Origin: a virus
Reading direction: 5' to 3' (one strand)
UHGV virus genome: UHGV-0301534
DNA length: 19,664 bases
Shown here: positions 19,647 to 19,664 of the stretch, in pieces
Layout of the letters: each line of letters begins with the position of its first letter
How positions within the stretch are numbered: the stretch's first letter is position 1
Program-made: the position numbers and the translations under genes
Notes under the pieces: model-generated
Seen by the model: the letters and a program-made list of their open reading frames with translations, nothing else
What the model was told of the DNA's origin: nothing
The model's database searches: none

Positions 19647-19664
19647 GCTCTGTTACAGGTCACT

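Overview
This window is almost the entire late (virion) region of a P22-like (Lederbergvirus-type) temperate podophage or prophage from an enterobacterium. On the + strand, in order: a small unknown ORF, small terminase (gp3), large terminase (gp2), portal (gp1), scaffold (gp8), coat (gp5), gp4, gp10, tail needle (gp26), gp14, ejection proteins gp7/gp20/gp16, then the immI region (mnt on the - strand, arc and ant on the +, with recognisable Pant/Oarc/Omnt sites) and the tailspike (gp9). Identifications rest on recalled P22 protein sequences and strict synteny; no search was run. Gene junctions are tightly packed or overlapping, as expected for a phage late operon. Four things are not P22-like and deserve attention. 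(1) Where P22 carries sieA, two small genes for exported, two-cysteine proteins sit on the - strand, and the first is translationally coupled to mnt, so they should be expressed in the lysogen; this is the best candidate for an undescribed envelope-acting exclusion or immunity module. (2) Directly after the tailspike there is a canonical LexA (SOS) box over a promoter driving two coupled genes, the second a catalytically dead UmuD'-like protein with no cleavable N-terminal arm. (3) The tailspike has a P22-type head-binding N-terminus fused to an unrelated receptor-binding domain, and the tail needle carries a C-terminal knob extension. (4) Bases 1-22 are a Tn5 mosaic end / Nextera adapter, most likely untrimmed adapter at a contig end. 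No tRNA, rRNA, CRISPR array, integrase or att site was recognised.
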